Below are positions 30,154-39,333 of a stretch of DNA of 64,000 nt, piece by piece. The notes beneath the pieces are model-generated. The model was not told the origin of the DNA. It saw nothing but the letters and a program-made list of their open reading frames with translations, and searched no databases. Source of the stretch: Thermodesulfobacteriota bacterium (GTDB lineage Bacteria; Desulfobacterota_D; UBA1144; Nemesobacterales; Mycalebacteriaceae). The stretch lies in NCBI GenBank assembly GCA_965226585.1, contig OZ245366.1, positions 384,001 through 448,000 of the forward strand, read 5' to 3'. The position numbers were made by a program, and so were the translations under genes. Each line of letters begins with the position of its first letter. The stretch's first letter is position 1.

Positions 30154-30570
30154 TTAGCCGGTTGTCTGAACCAATATCTCGCGCGTTCTGGGGCGGTTGT
30201 CAAAGTCCACAAGGACTATCTGTTGCCATGTTCCCAGAAGCATGCGCGATTCCGCAAACGGAGCTGAGAATGAAGCCCCGGCAACCGCCGCTCTAACGTG
30301 CGAGTGTCCGTTGCCGTCTCCCCATCTGGCGTTGTGGGCATACTCGATGTTCTGCGGGGCGAGCCGTTCAAAGGCGGCTTTCAAGTCTGCCACTGCTCCG
30401 CTTTCAAACTCTATCGTGGTGATTCCGGCGGTTGAGCCGGGCACAAAAACGGTTGCCGTTCCTTCGTCAAAAGGCGAGGATAAGACAATCTCCGCCACTT
30501 GCGCCGTGATGTCTATTATGTCTGTGTCTCCGCCGGTTGACACTTGAAACGACCGTATTTCCGAAGCCAT
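30154..30570 (-). CDS. YjbQ (UPF0047) family protein
   Basis: GSTAGITTIE, DGNGHSH, LGTWQQI. Confidence 0.92.
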   Translation of the reverse strand: MASEIRSFQVSTGGDTDIIDITAQVAEIVLSSPFDEGTATVFVPGSTAGITTIEFESGAVADLKAAFERLAPQNIEYAHNARWGDGNGHSHVRAAVAGASFSAPFAESRMLLGTWQQIVLVDFDNRPRTREILVQTTG

Positions 30571-30634
30571 TGTTTTCCCCCTTCCTCTATTGTGTATCTT
30601 ACCTGTGAAAATTTTACCGGAAAGGAGAGAATTT

Positions 30635-31717
30635 ATGGCATCCAAAGCGGACATAAAAAACACGGAAGCCCTGCTTGCCGAGCTTACCGAAGCGGACGGC
30701 GTTGCGGGCTATGAGCGTGAAGTTTCAGAGGTTATAAAAAAGCGTTTCAGAAAACTCGGTTCTGTTACCGCAGACAGAATGGGAAGTCTTATTTGCGAGG
30801 CGCGCGGGCGTTCCGCCGCCCCGAAGATAATGCTTGCCGGGCACATGGACGAGATAGGTTTTATGATACGCGCCGTAACTCCGGACGGGTTTTTGAAGTT
30901 CACTCCTCTGGGCGGCTGGTGGGATCAGGTTTTGCTTGCGCAGAGGGTAAAAATCAAAACATCAAAAGGCGAGGTTGAGGGTGTGATAGGGGCAAAGCCG
31001 CCGCATTTGATTCCGCAGGAGGAGCGGAGCAAGATGGTTTTGAAAAAGAGCATGTACATAGACATTGGCGCTTCGTCTGACAAAGAGGTTGAAAAGGCGG
31101 GTGTTCGCGCCGGCGACCCGGCGGTTCCGGTGAGTGAGTTCACAAAACTCGCAAAAGAGGGGGCGTATATGGCGAAGGCGTTTGACGACAGGGTAGGTTG
31201 CGCGGTGGTGATTTCCGCGCTTGCCGCTCTTGGCAAGAGCCATCCGGGAACGGTTTACGGCGTGGCGACCGTTCAGGAGGAGGTTGGCGTTAGAGGGGCG
31301 ACAACGAGTGTGGAGGCGGTTGACCCGGATGCGGCGATAATTTTAGAGTCTGACATATCCGGTGATGTTCCGGGAATAAGCAATGAGGAGTCATCCACAA
31401 AGTTGGGCGGAGGCCCCTCGCTGTTGCTCTATGATGCGAGGATGATACCGAATCTGAAACTGCGCGACCTTGTGATACAGACGGCGAAGAGGGTAAAGGT
31501 TCCGCTTCAGTTTGCCACAATGGAAGGCGGCGCGACAGACGGCGGGGCGATACATCTGCACAAACAGGGTGTTCCGACCGTAGTTCTCGGCGTTCCCACA
31601 CGGCACATACACAGCCACAACTCAATTATTCAGAGAAGGGACTTTGAGAATACGGTGAAGTTGCTTGTGGAGGTGGTGAAAAGGCTGGACGGGAAGACGG
31701 TTAAAGGGCTTGCGTGA
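30635..31717 (+). CDS. M42 family aminopeptidase
   Basis: AGHMDEIG, KAFDDRVG, TVQEEVG, TRHIHS. Confidence 0.94.
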   Translation: MASKADIKNTEALLAELTEADGVAGYEREVSEVIKKRFRKLGSVTADRMGSLICEARGRSAAPKIMLAGHMDEIGFMIRAVTPDGFLKFTPLGGWWDQVLLAQRVKIKTSKGEVEGVIGAKPPHLIPQEERSKMVLKKSMYIDIGASSDKEVEKAGVRAGDPAVPVSEFTKLAKEGAYMAKAFDDRVGCAVVISALAALGKSHPGTVYGVATVQEEVGVRGATTSVEAVDPDAAIILESDISGDVPGISNEESSTKLGGGPSLLLYDARMIPNLKLRDLVIQTAKRVKVPLQFATMEGGATDGGAIHLHKQGVPTVVLGVPTRHIHSHNSIIQRRDFENTVKLLVEVVKRLDGKTVKGLA

Positions 31718-31749
31718 AGGGTGGTTGGTCCTTTACAATTGTTTCCGAG

Positions 31750-31962
31750 ATGGGCAAATCCAGAAAGAGTTTCATTCAGTGTGACCGTTGCGGGCATGAA
31801 GAATTTCTTGCGTCCACATCTGCCTCAGAGATTTTAAGGTTTCCCAAAAATGACCCTTCAGAATTTGATAATGTTACGAACAAGGATCACCGCATTGAAT
31901 ACATTCAGTGTAATGAATGCGGTGAAGAATTGGATTTACATGAGATAGGATTTTATGGTTAA
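31750..31962 (+). CDS. Small zinc-ribbon-like hypothetical protein
   Basis: CDRC and CNEC pairs; AT-rich. Confidence 0.55.
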   Translation: MGKSRKSFIQCDRCGHEEFLASTSASEILRFPKNDPSEFDNVTNKDHRIEYIQCNECGEELDLHEIGFYG

Positions 31963-32001
31963 TATTTTATTCTCCGAGTACTGCACTTTTCCTTTTTGAA
32001 C

Positions 32002-32928
32002 ATGAGTTATGAAGGCGACAAGCTGAGAGAGTTCGATATGCCTCCCCGTAAGGATGTAGAGCGTTCTTTGCTAAAAACACTTTTTAACAATAATGGTGTT
32101 ATAAAAGAGTTTGCTTCAAGAGAAAGAGTAGTTCATGAAATTGCTGATGAATTTGACCTGAACAGGCAACAGAGAAACGCTTATTTGGAGACTGTTTACA
32201 AAAAAGGAAACAGGGTAAAAAGAACAAATCTTTGGCACCGATTGTTATTTAGAGCCGCGCACAAATTGGCTGGAGCCAAACTCATTTCCAGTCCCAACAA
32301 GACCTTCCTCTTAACAAATAAAAAAGAGTGGATGCTTACCGAAAAAGGGTTTGATCACGTTTTGAAAATCAATGGAATTCCTCCCGAACAAAAAGCGGAC
32401 TTGTCGGTAAAATCTTTTGAAGTCGAAAAACTTGCAAAAAAACTAATGAAAAAGAACAAGCCCAAAAACTACAACCCCATTGGCAGAGCAACAAAAATCA
32501 AACAATCTAAATCGACGCTTAGCATGAGAAAAAGAGGCTTCAGGCAAGCTGTTGTTGAAGCATACAATTACAAGTGTGCGGTTTGCGGGTTAAAAATTTA
32601 TTCTCCTAATAACTACCAATGGGAAGTTGAAGCCGCACATATTGTCCCTCATGGGTTCAACGGGAAAGACGATATATGGAACGGGTTGTCACTTTGTCGT
32701 TTTCACCACTGGTCTTTTGATGTTGGATGGTTCAGTTTTGATGAAAAATTTCGCATAGTTGTTTCAAACCAACTTCATCAATTACCTGAAGATTTTGGAA
32801 AGGTCTGGGATTACGGATTTTTGAGGCAACTCTCCGTTAATAAAGATAAAGTCCAACTTCCCAAACCAAAACAATTACGTCCGGATTTAACTGCCATCAG
32901 GTGGCACAGAGAAAACATTTTGTGCTGA
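32002..32928 (+). CDS. HNH endonuclease with N-terminal Mrr-like winged-helix region
   Basis: FRQAVVEAYNYKCAVCG, EAAHIVP, NGLSLCRFHHWSFD, WMLTEKG; alternative TTG start at 31996. Confidence 0.85.
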   Translation: MSYEGDKLREFDMPPRKDVERSLLKTLFNNNGVIKEFASRERVVHEIADEFDLNRQQRNAYLETVYKKGNRVKRTNLWHRLLFRAAHKLAGAKLISSPNKTFLLTNKKEWMLTEKGFDHVLKINGIPPEQKADLSVKSFEVEKLAKKLMKKNKPKNYNPIGRATKIKQSKSTLSMRKRGFRQAVVEAYNYKCAVCGLKIYSPNNYQWEVEAAHIVPHGFNGKDDIWNGLSLCRFHHWSFDVGWFSFDEKFRIVVSNQLHQLPEDFGKVWDYGFLRQLSVNKDKVQLPKPKQLRPDLTAIRWHRENILC

Positions 32929-32967
32929 TAGATATGAACGTTTTTGTAAGAATAATGATGCCGCAGA

Positions 32968-33231
32968 CTACCTGACAACTTTCAAAGCAGGTTTCGGTTT
33001 TCTATAAGGAAATTCCATCTTTCCCAACACCATATTTTCTTCCCTCTCCACCGCCACGCAGTCTCCGCGTTCTGCGTGTTTGGCAAGGTCTTCATCATCT
33101 TTGCAGAAATAGACATTCCTTTCACACTCTCCGCAAAAGCGGATTTTGTCATCTTTCGTTTCTGCGAGTTTTTCCCACTTCAGCGGACATTTGAAAGAGA
33201 ATTCGCAGTTTTCGATAAGTTCTTCACTCAC
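32968..33231 (-). CDS. Small Cys-rich hypothetical protein (copy A)
   Basis: CPLKWEKL...RFCGECERNVYFC...CVAV; paralog of 34081-34470. Confidence 0.8.
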   Translation of the reverse strand: MSEELIENCEFSFKCPLKWEKLAETKDDKIRFCGECERNVYFCKDDEDLAKHAERGDCVAVEREENMVLGKMEFPYRKPKPALKVVR

Positions 33232-33315
33232 TTCTTCTTCCCTCCAAATGGATACTTCACTTCAGGGTGCCGTAGCTTTCTGCATATTCCATCAATACAA
33301 AAGCTAAAATGATGC

Positions 33316-33343
33316 TTGACTTTCTCTTGCCAAGTAGTAGTCT
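33316..33343 (+). promoter_or_regulatory. Putative promoter for the small RNA facing DUF3800
   Basis: TTGACT-N16-TAGTCT with no + strand ORF downstream. Confidence 0.45.
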
Positions 33344-33349
33344 GTAAGG

Positions 33350-33424
33350 CGGAAGTGCCTCCAGTCCGAACTGTGGTGTTTATCATCTGCGTTCCCGAAA
33401 GGGATAGGGCTGGGGGTTTCTTTT
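33350..33424 (+). ncRNA. Structured small RNA convergent with the DUF3800 gene (DUF3800-associated RNA motif-like)
   Basis: 10-bp closing stem 33358-33367/33407-33416 with two G-U pairs, internal UCCC-GAAA-GGGA hairpin, 3' U-rich tract; abuts the DUF3800 stop codon. Confidence 0.65.
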
Positions 33425-34049
33425 ATTTCGGCCACACTTGGACACGAATTTCTCTGTGAGCAACCATTCTATTGTATTCTTCAGCATACCTTTTGTGCTG
33501 GATTGACCTATTGATAACCCCTGCTACATAATCAGCAAGTTGCAGGAGGTTGTTGCCTGAAGATTTCTGCATTTTGACCTTTTTGATTACGGTTTTATCT
33601 GTGTTGACACGACTTTTGAGATACTTTGCAAGCTGAGAACGAAAGTCCATGTTGCCACTCTTGTCAACAACAATGATGGCATTATCCAGTTTCTCTTTTG
33701 CATTTTCAAACACAAGTCCACAAGCATATTTGTAAAACGATTCCGTATTCCTGAACCCGTCTCCGTATAGTTTGTGCGGGTCTTTATTGATAGCTATTCC
33801 GTAGTAGAAAAAGTTGTAAGGGGATACCGCTTCAAGAAAGGCGCAACGAACTTTGTGCGAGTTTTGTTGAAAATGAAACTCTCTGTTCCTTTTCCACCTC
33901 AACTCTTTCTTTAATAACTCTATTCTTTGGTCGCAAGCGTCAGCTTCTGCAATATCCTCGAACGCTACAAGTGCGACAATGAAAAATTTGCTGGAACCTT
34001 CTTCAATTTTTAGTCCCGGGTCTCCAGATTCATCAATAAAAACAAGCAT
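33423..34049 (-). CDS. DUF3800 domain-containing protein (RNase H-like fold)
   Basis: N-terminal VFIDESGD, REFHF, C-terminal SSGNNLLQLADYVAG. Confidence 0.88.
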   Translation of the reverse strand: MLVFIDESGDPGLKIEEGSSKFFIVALVAFEDIAEADACDQRIELLKKELRWKRNREFHFQQNSHKVRCAFLEAVSPYNFFYYGIAINKDPHKLYGDGFRNTESFYKYACGLVFENAKEKLDNAIIVVDKSGNMDFRSQLAKYLKSRVNTDKTVIKKVKMQKSSGNNLLQLADYVAGVINRSIQHKRYAEEYNRMVAHREIRVQVWPK

Positions 34050-34080
34050 TCATTTCTTTCCTAACTTGTATTTGTTTTCC

Positions 34081-34470
34081 CTACTCCACAACCCGCATCC
34101 GTCCGCGTTCCAGTTCCAGACGGATTTTAGTTGCTATTCTCTTCATACGGCGTTTCATGAAATCCCGGCTTTCAAGCATATCCCAAACCCGTGGATTTGG
34201 TTCCCCAAGGAGAAGTTGTTCCCTCTCAATAACCACACAGTTCCCGCGTCTGGCATTTTTTATAAACTCCTCATCACTTTCGCAGAAATGAACCTTTCTC
34301 TTGCACTCTCCGCAAAATCGTATCTTTTCATCCTGCGTTTTGGCAAGATTTTCCCATTCCAGCGGACACTTATACTTGAAGAGAGGTACTCCTTCTTCCT
34401 CCGGCTTCCACTCTCCGCCAAACTGAAAGTTGCAGTGTTCAACTTGAAATATCTTGTTTTTTCCACTCAC
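34081..34470 (-). CDS. Small Cys-rich hypothetical protein (copy B)
   Basis: CPLEWENL...RFCGECKRKVHFC...CVVI; GTGA overlap with the upstream stop. Confidence 0.8.
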   Translation of the reverse strand: MSGKNKIFQVEHCNFQFGGEWKPEEEGVPLFKYKCPLEWENLAKTQDEKIRFCGECKRKVHFCESDEEFIKNARRGNCVVIEREQLLLGEPNPRVWDMLESRDFMKRRMKRIATKIRLELERGRMRVVE

Positions 34471-35783
34471 TTCTTCTTCCCTCCAAACGGATCCTTCATC
34501 TCAGGATGCCACAATTTGAAATGTTCCTTGTGCAAATCGGTATACGCGCCCGGGGGGTAGAACTTGTCGTAGAAATCCAAGTCAAGATGATGCGCCTGAA
34601 CCATGAAACGCAGAAACATCGGGTCTGAAAACGCCGGGAACCTTCCGTAAGTTTCGTAAACATAATTGCATATATCCTTTACAACCTGAATCTCACGCTT
34701 GTCCGGCCGCAAGGTCTTCTCATAAACCCCCTGCGGGTTTGTGTAAGGCATGTTCTTCTTCTCCCAGTTGCTCCACTTCATATCATTGAACGCCTCAACC
34801 GCCTCGCCCATGTCTTTGTAATACGGCGGACAGAAAGCATGAAAAAGTCCGTCTTTTCCAACCGCAACCGGATTGGGATTTGCCGTCTCTCCCTTCGGCT
34901 CAGGTGTTGAAAAACGGAAACCCAAACCCTCAAAATCATCAGACATTCCAAGCACAAACGGACTCGCAAAACCGCTGAACAGCCAGCCGCCCAAACCAAG
35001 AGCCTGTAACGTCAGAACCATGTTCTGCCCCATAAACGCCTGCTCCGCTATAAACCCGTTCGCAAACCGCAACTCCGCCTCTATAAGCGGCATCGTCTTT
35101 TCCGAATCTATGAAACCGTCCTCTATCCACTTTGAAGTTCCGGGCGGCCTCATGCCGTGCAGTTCATCGGCAAAATTGAACCTGTGCCCCTCGCGCATAT
35201 AGAAAAAGTAGAGGTTGATTATGCACGAAGACAAGTCTGTTACGGGCATAAAAACAGTTGTGCCCGGTTTGTTCACATTCCACAGGTTGTGAGTCGCAAG
35301 TCCGGGCGGCTTGTCCGGTATGTCCGCCCTGCCGTCCCCGATTTTTATTCGCGATTCTTTGAACAGACGCACGATTTCATCAACCCTCTTCTCAAGCGGC
35401 ATCGCCTCAAGCCCCTTGAAATCATCCGGCTTTTTGTCGTGCATCTTCACCATGTATGAGCCGTTGTCATTTGTGTAGAACAACTCCGTTCTGTGAACAT
35501 CACCCAGCGCCGGAATGGTTTTGCTTGTGAACTGGACTTCAAGGTCAAGCCCCAGATGCGGCGGGAAATCAGACAGGTTGATGTTCTTGATGCCAAGCCC
35601 CGTCCACACGATAATCGCCTCCTCAAGTTCGGAAAGCGGCGCCGGCTTGTGAGCGGATTTATACTTAAGCGGGCCCTCGGTTATCTCCATTCCAAGCCCG
35701 AACCGCCGTGAACGTCTCTGGAAAACCGTATCAAAGAAACCGTGCCGGATGGCTTTTTTCAAACCTTGCGGATATTTACTCAT
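34467..35783 (-). CDS. Conserved hypothetical protein, possibly nitroreductase-like fold
   Basis: Long ORF; RRSRRF and QNMVLTLQALGLGGW resemble nitroreductase motifs. Confidence 0.6.
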   Translation of the reverse strand: MSKYPQGLKKAIRHGFFDTVFQRRSRRFGLGMEITEGPLKYKSAHKPAPLSELEEAIIVWTGLGIKNINLSDFPPHLGLDLEVQFTSKTIPALGDVHRTELFYTNDNGSYMVKMHDKKPDDFKGLEAMPLEKRVDEIVRLFKESRIKIGDGRADIPDKPPGLATHNLWNVNKPGTTVFMPVTDLSSCIINLYFFYMREGHRFNFADELHGMRPPGTSKWIEDGFIDSEKTMPLIEAELRFANGFIAEQAFMGQNMVLTLQALGLGGWLFSGFASPFVLGMSDDFEGLGFRFSTPEPKGETANPNPVAVGKDGLFHAFCPPYYKDMGEAVEAFNDMKWSNWEKKNMPYTNPQGVYEKTLRPDKREIQVVKDICNYVYETYGRFPAFSDPMFLRFMVQAHHLDLDFYDKFYPPGAYTDLHKEHFKLWHPEMKDPFGGKKK

Positions 35784-35852
35784 CTCCCTGACATTGTATT
35801 TGAGAAAAAATCCGCAATCAAAAAACCCGCCCGCCGTGATAACATTTCTTTT

Positions 35853-37346
35853 GTGTTACCGATACCTGTTTTGAGCGGCTTTGAGAGATACGGAGAGAAA
35901 ACCGCGATTGCCGATTGCGCGGGCGAATGCTCGTACTCTGAACTGAACGAGATGTCTCTGCGTGCTGCGGGGGCTCTTCAAAACATCTGCGGCGGGCAAG
36001 ACATGGCGGAGGCGCGGGTCGCCTTTATGCTTCCAAAAAGCAGAGAATACGCCGCAATCAAAACAGCCGTGTGGCGCGCGGGCGGGGTTTCCGTTCCCCT
36101 CAGCCCGGAGCATCCGCCGGGGGAAATCCGCCACATAACCTCCGACTCTGAACCCTCAGTGATTGTGTGCCATCCCGGTTTTGCAGATAAAATCCGCCCG
36201 CAAAGCGCAAACGCCGTTTTTGTCCGAAGCGATGAAATTTTCTCCTCCCCGCCCTCCCGGAACCTGCCGGAGATATCACCCTCCCGCCGCGCGATGATGA
36301 TATACACAAGCGGAACAACGGGCGAAGCCAAAGGGGTGGTTACCACGCACTCAAACATAGCCGCGCAGACAGCCGCAATGACAGCCGCATGGAAATGGAC
36401 GGCTTCCGACCGCGTTCTGAATGTTCTGCCTCTGCACCATCTCCACGGCATACTGAATCTTTTGCTGTGTCCGCTAAGCGCGGGCGCGGTGTGTGAGATG
36501 GCGGATTTTGAACCCTCAGGCGTGTGGGAAAGGTTTGAGCGCGGCGGCATAACGGTGTTTATGGCGGTTCCGACCGTCTATTCCAAACTCGCGGACTTCT
36601 GGGAAAACGCGCCCGAAGAGAGAAAAAAATCCATGACTGCCGCCTGCCGCGCCATGCGCCTTATGGTTTCCGGCTCCGCCGCTCTCACGGTGAAACTTTC
36701 AGAAAGGTGGCGCGGGATAAGCGGGCACACGCTTCTTGAACGCTACGGAATGACCGAAACGGGCATGATTTTCTCAAATCCGCTTGAAGGGAAAAGAAAA
36801 CCGGGCTTTGTGGGCAAACCGATGCCGGGGGTTTTCGCGGGCGTTTTCAGCCCCTCCGGCGAACCGCTTGAAGCGGGAGAGAGCGGAGAGATACGGGTGA
36901 AGGGCGAAAATGTTTTTCTTGAATACTGGAACAATCCCGCAGAAACGAAGCGCGCTTTTTCAGACGGTATGTTCAAAACCGGAGACATCGCCCGCATTGA
37001 CGGAGAGGGCGACTTTCAGATTCTCGGCAGAGAGTCCGTGGACATAATCAAAACCGGCGGATACAAAGTTTCCGCCCTTGAGGTGGAGAGGGAGATAGCG
37101 GAAAAAACCGGAGTGGCGCGTTGCGCGGTTGTGGGCGTTAGAGACGAAGAGTGGGGGCAGAGGGTTGCCGCCGCCGTTGTGCTTGAAGACGGCCGCCTTG
37201 CCGAAGGCGATTTGAAAAAGTGGCTGAAGCCCCGCCTTGCCTCCTACAAAATTCCGTCTCTCGTCAAGGTTGTGCCGTCTCTGCCCGAAAACTCTCTCGG
37301 CAAGGTGCTGAAAACCGAGATTGCCGCGATGTGGGAGGACGGCTGA
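35853..37346 (+). CDS. Acyl-CoA synthetase (MatB / malonyl-CoA synthetase-like)
   Basis: YTSGTTG, LPLHHLHG, ERYGMTE, FKTGD, GGYKVSALEVE. Confidence 0.9.
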   Translation: MLPIPVLSGFERYGEKTAIADCAGECSYSELNEMSLRAAGALQNICGGQDMAEARVAFMLPKSREYAAIKTAVWRAGGVSVPLSPEHPPGEIRHITSDSEPSVIVCHPGFADKIRPQSANAVFVRSDEIFSSPPSRNLPEISPSRRAMMIYTSGTTGEAKGVVTTHSNIAAQTAAMTAAWKWTASDRVLNVLPLHHLHGILNLLLCPLSAGAVCEMADFEPSGVWERFERGGITVFMAVPTVYSKLADFWENAPEERKKSMTAACRAMRLMVSGSAALTVKLSERWRGISGHTLLERYGMTETGMIFSNPLEGKRKPGFVGKPMPGVFAGVFSPSGEPLEAGESGEIRVKGENVFLEYWNNPAETKRAFSDGMFKTGDIARIDGEGDFQILGRESVDIIKTGGYKVSALEVEREIAEKTGVARCAVVGVRDEEWGQRVAAAVVLEDGRLAEGDLKKWLKPRLASYKIPSLVKVVPSLPENSLGKVLKTEIAAMWEDG

Positions 37347-38047
37347 TGACTGTTATAGACCCCGCCAGTCATTTTGACAGAGCGCGCGCCGAGGGCTACG
37401 ACAGGAGAGTGCGCCACCTGATTCCGGGCTATGAGGCGGTTCAGGGGCTCGCGCTTTCGCTTCTTGAGAGCAGTCTCGGCGCCGAATCTTCCGTTCTTGT
37501 TGCCGGGGCGGGCACGGGAAGTGAGGCGGTTTCCTTTGCGTCCCGCAATCCGGGGTGGAAGGTTACGGGCTTTGACCCGGCGGCTGAGATGCTCAAAATC
37601 GCCGGGGCGAAGGTTCGGGAAAAAGGGCTTGAAGACAGGGTTTCCCTTGTGGAGGGATTTGCCGGGGCGGTTGAGGAAAGCCCGCTTTTTGACGCGGCAA
37701 CCTCAATGCTGGTTATGCACTTTCTCCCCGATGACGGCTCAAAAGACGAGTTTTTGTCCGGGATTTCAAAACGGCTCAAGCCCGGAGCGCGCATCGTTCT
37801 CACAGACCTTGAGGGCGACACCGCAAGCCCCGCTTTCAAAACCCTTGAAAAAGCGTGGCGGCGTCAGTTGCTTTCCGTGGTGAAAGATCCGGAAGCGGTG
37901 GAGGAAACTTTTGAGAATTTGAGAATCAACGTGAAATTCGTTCCCGAAGAAAGGATAAGGGAGATACTTGAAAACGCCGGTTTTCCGGCGGCGGTCAAGT
38001 TCTTTCAAGGTTTTCTCACCGGCGGCTACACCGCCGTCAAGACCTGA
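37346..38047 (+). CDS. Class I SAM-dependent methyltransferase
   Basis: LIPGYE, VLVAGAGTG, LVMHF. Confidence 0.88.
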   Translation: MTVIDPASHFDRARAEGYDRRVRHLIPGYEAVQGLALSLLESSLGAESSVLVAGAGTGSEAVSFASRNPGWKVTGFDPAAEMLKIAGAKVREKGLEDRVSLVEGFAGAVEESPLFDAATSMLVMHFLPDDGSKDEFLSGISKRLKPGARIVLTDLEGDTASPAFKTLEKAWRRQLLSVVKDPEAVEETFENLRINVKFVPEERIREILENAGFPAAVKFFQGFLTGGYTAVKT

Positions 38048-38068
38048 AAAATTGAGGTATGGTTTTTT

Positions 38069-38542
38069 ATGAGTAAAATTTCCCCCTCGCAAAAACTGAA
38101 ACAACTGGGCATCAGTCTGCCCCCGGTTCCCGCTCCGGCGGGCTCGTATGTTCCGTGCGTCCGCACGGGCAACCTCGTTTTTGTTTCCGGGCAGTTGCCG
38201 TTTAATAACGGAAAACTGCTTTTCCGGGGCACGGTGGGTGTTGAGGTTTCGGTTGAGCAGGCAAAACTTGCCGCCCGCGAGGCGGCGGTGAACTGTCTTG
38301 CCGTTCTGAACGCCCAGCCCGGCGGCCTGGACGCGGTGCGCAGAATAGTCAAAGTAACCGGCTATGTCGCATCCTCAGACCGGTTTGTCCGTCAGGCGGA
38401 TGTTGTGAACGGAGCGTCTGATTTTTTTGCCGAAGTGTTCGGCTCCGCCGGACGTCATTCGCGCGCGGCTGTGGGAGCGGTGTCGCTTCCGCTCGGCTCT
38501 CCCGTTGAGATTGAGATTGTGGCGGAGGCGGAGCCCGCCTGA
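38069..38542 (+). CDS. RidA family protein
   Basis: VSGQLP, NGASD, GRHSRAAVG, LPLGSPVEIE. Confidence 0.92.
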   Translation: MSKISPSQKLKQLGISLPPVPAPAGSYVPCVRTGNLVFVSGQLPFNNGKLLFRGTVGVEVSVEQAKLAAREAAVNCLAVLNAQPGGLDAVRRIVKVTGYVASSDRFVRQADVVNGASDFFAEVFGSAGRHSRAAVGAVSLPLGSPVEIEIVAEAEPA

Positions 38543-38546
38543 AGCC

Positions 38547-39314
38547 GTGGAAGTTGTTCTGTGGACAGATTGCCTTCCCGCCGCCGTGGAGATTCCTGCG
38601 GTGGAGGTTTTTTTGCGCGGCTTCGGTTTTGAAGCCCGCGCGGGCGGAGAGTTGTTCACGGCGGAAAACCTTGATGACGCGAAATTTCTCGCTTCGGTGC
38701 GCGTAAAAGATTTTGAAATCCCGCTTGACCGTCCCGCCCGTCCGCTTCCCGAAGATGTTGAGGCGGAGTTGAAATCCTTATCAGAGGGAGAGCCGCCGCG
38801 CAAAGCCGCCTATGACGGGATGTGGTTTCAGAGGAAGATTCACAAACGGTTCGCCTCCGCTCCTCCCGCAGTGAACATCGTTTGCACGGGAAGGCTTATA
38901 TGCACGTACGAGAAACGTTATCACGCGAGAGTTGTTGTTATGGGAGATGCGCCTTCGGTGCAGATAGTGTCGTCAGAGGGGGTGGTTGAGGGTCCGGCAA
39001 AGCCGCCCGAATACTACTGGGCAAAGGGCGGGCTGATTCAGCGCGGCCTTGCGGATGAAGGAAGCGAATCCCTTTCCGTTCTTGACGAGGTTTTTGAGGG
39101 GAAATTTATCAAACGTTCTGACCCTTTGCTCGGGCGCGTGTTTGCCGCCTACTGCCTCCAGCCCGTTTTGTATGCCCTTACAGGCGCGGAATTTTGTTCT
39201 GACCCGCAGTGCAGTTTGTTCAACTCGCACCGGCAGTCCGAAATTTTGAAAGCTCAGGCGCGCGGACGCCTTTGCGAAAACTGTTTAAAAATCGCCGGGG
39301 AAAAAAACCTGTAG
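38547..39314 (+). CDS. Hypothetical protein, DUF6775-like putative metallopeptidase
   Basis: YDG, RYHAR, VEGPAKPPEYY, CSDPQCSLFNSHRQ, LCENC. Confidence 0.55.
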   Translation: MEVVLWTDCLPAAVEIPAVEVFLRGFGFEARAGGELFTAENLDDAKFLASVRVKDFEIPLDRPARPLPEDVEAELKSLSEGEPPRKAAYDGMWFQRKIHKRFASAPPAVNIVCTGRLICTYEKRYHARVVVMGDAPSVQIVSSEGVVEGPAKPPEYYWAKGGLIQRGLADEGSESLSVLDEVFEGKFIKRSDPLLGRVFAAYCLQPVLYALTGAEFCSDPQCSLFNSHRQSEILKAQARGRLCENCLKIAGEKNL

Positions 39315-39333
39315 AGGCGCGCCGGGGTTCCGG

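Noticed and set aside
33350..33424. Hairpin as only a minus-strand terminator of DUF3800
   Set aside because: Pairing is worse on the minus strand (C-A mismatches) and no U-tract follows it there; not fully excluded.
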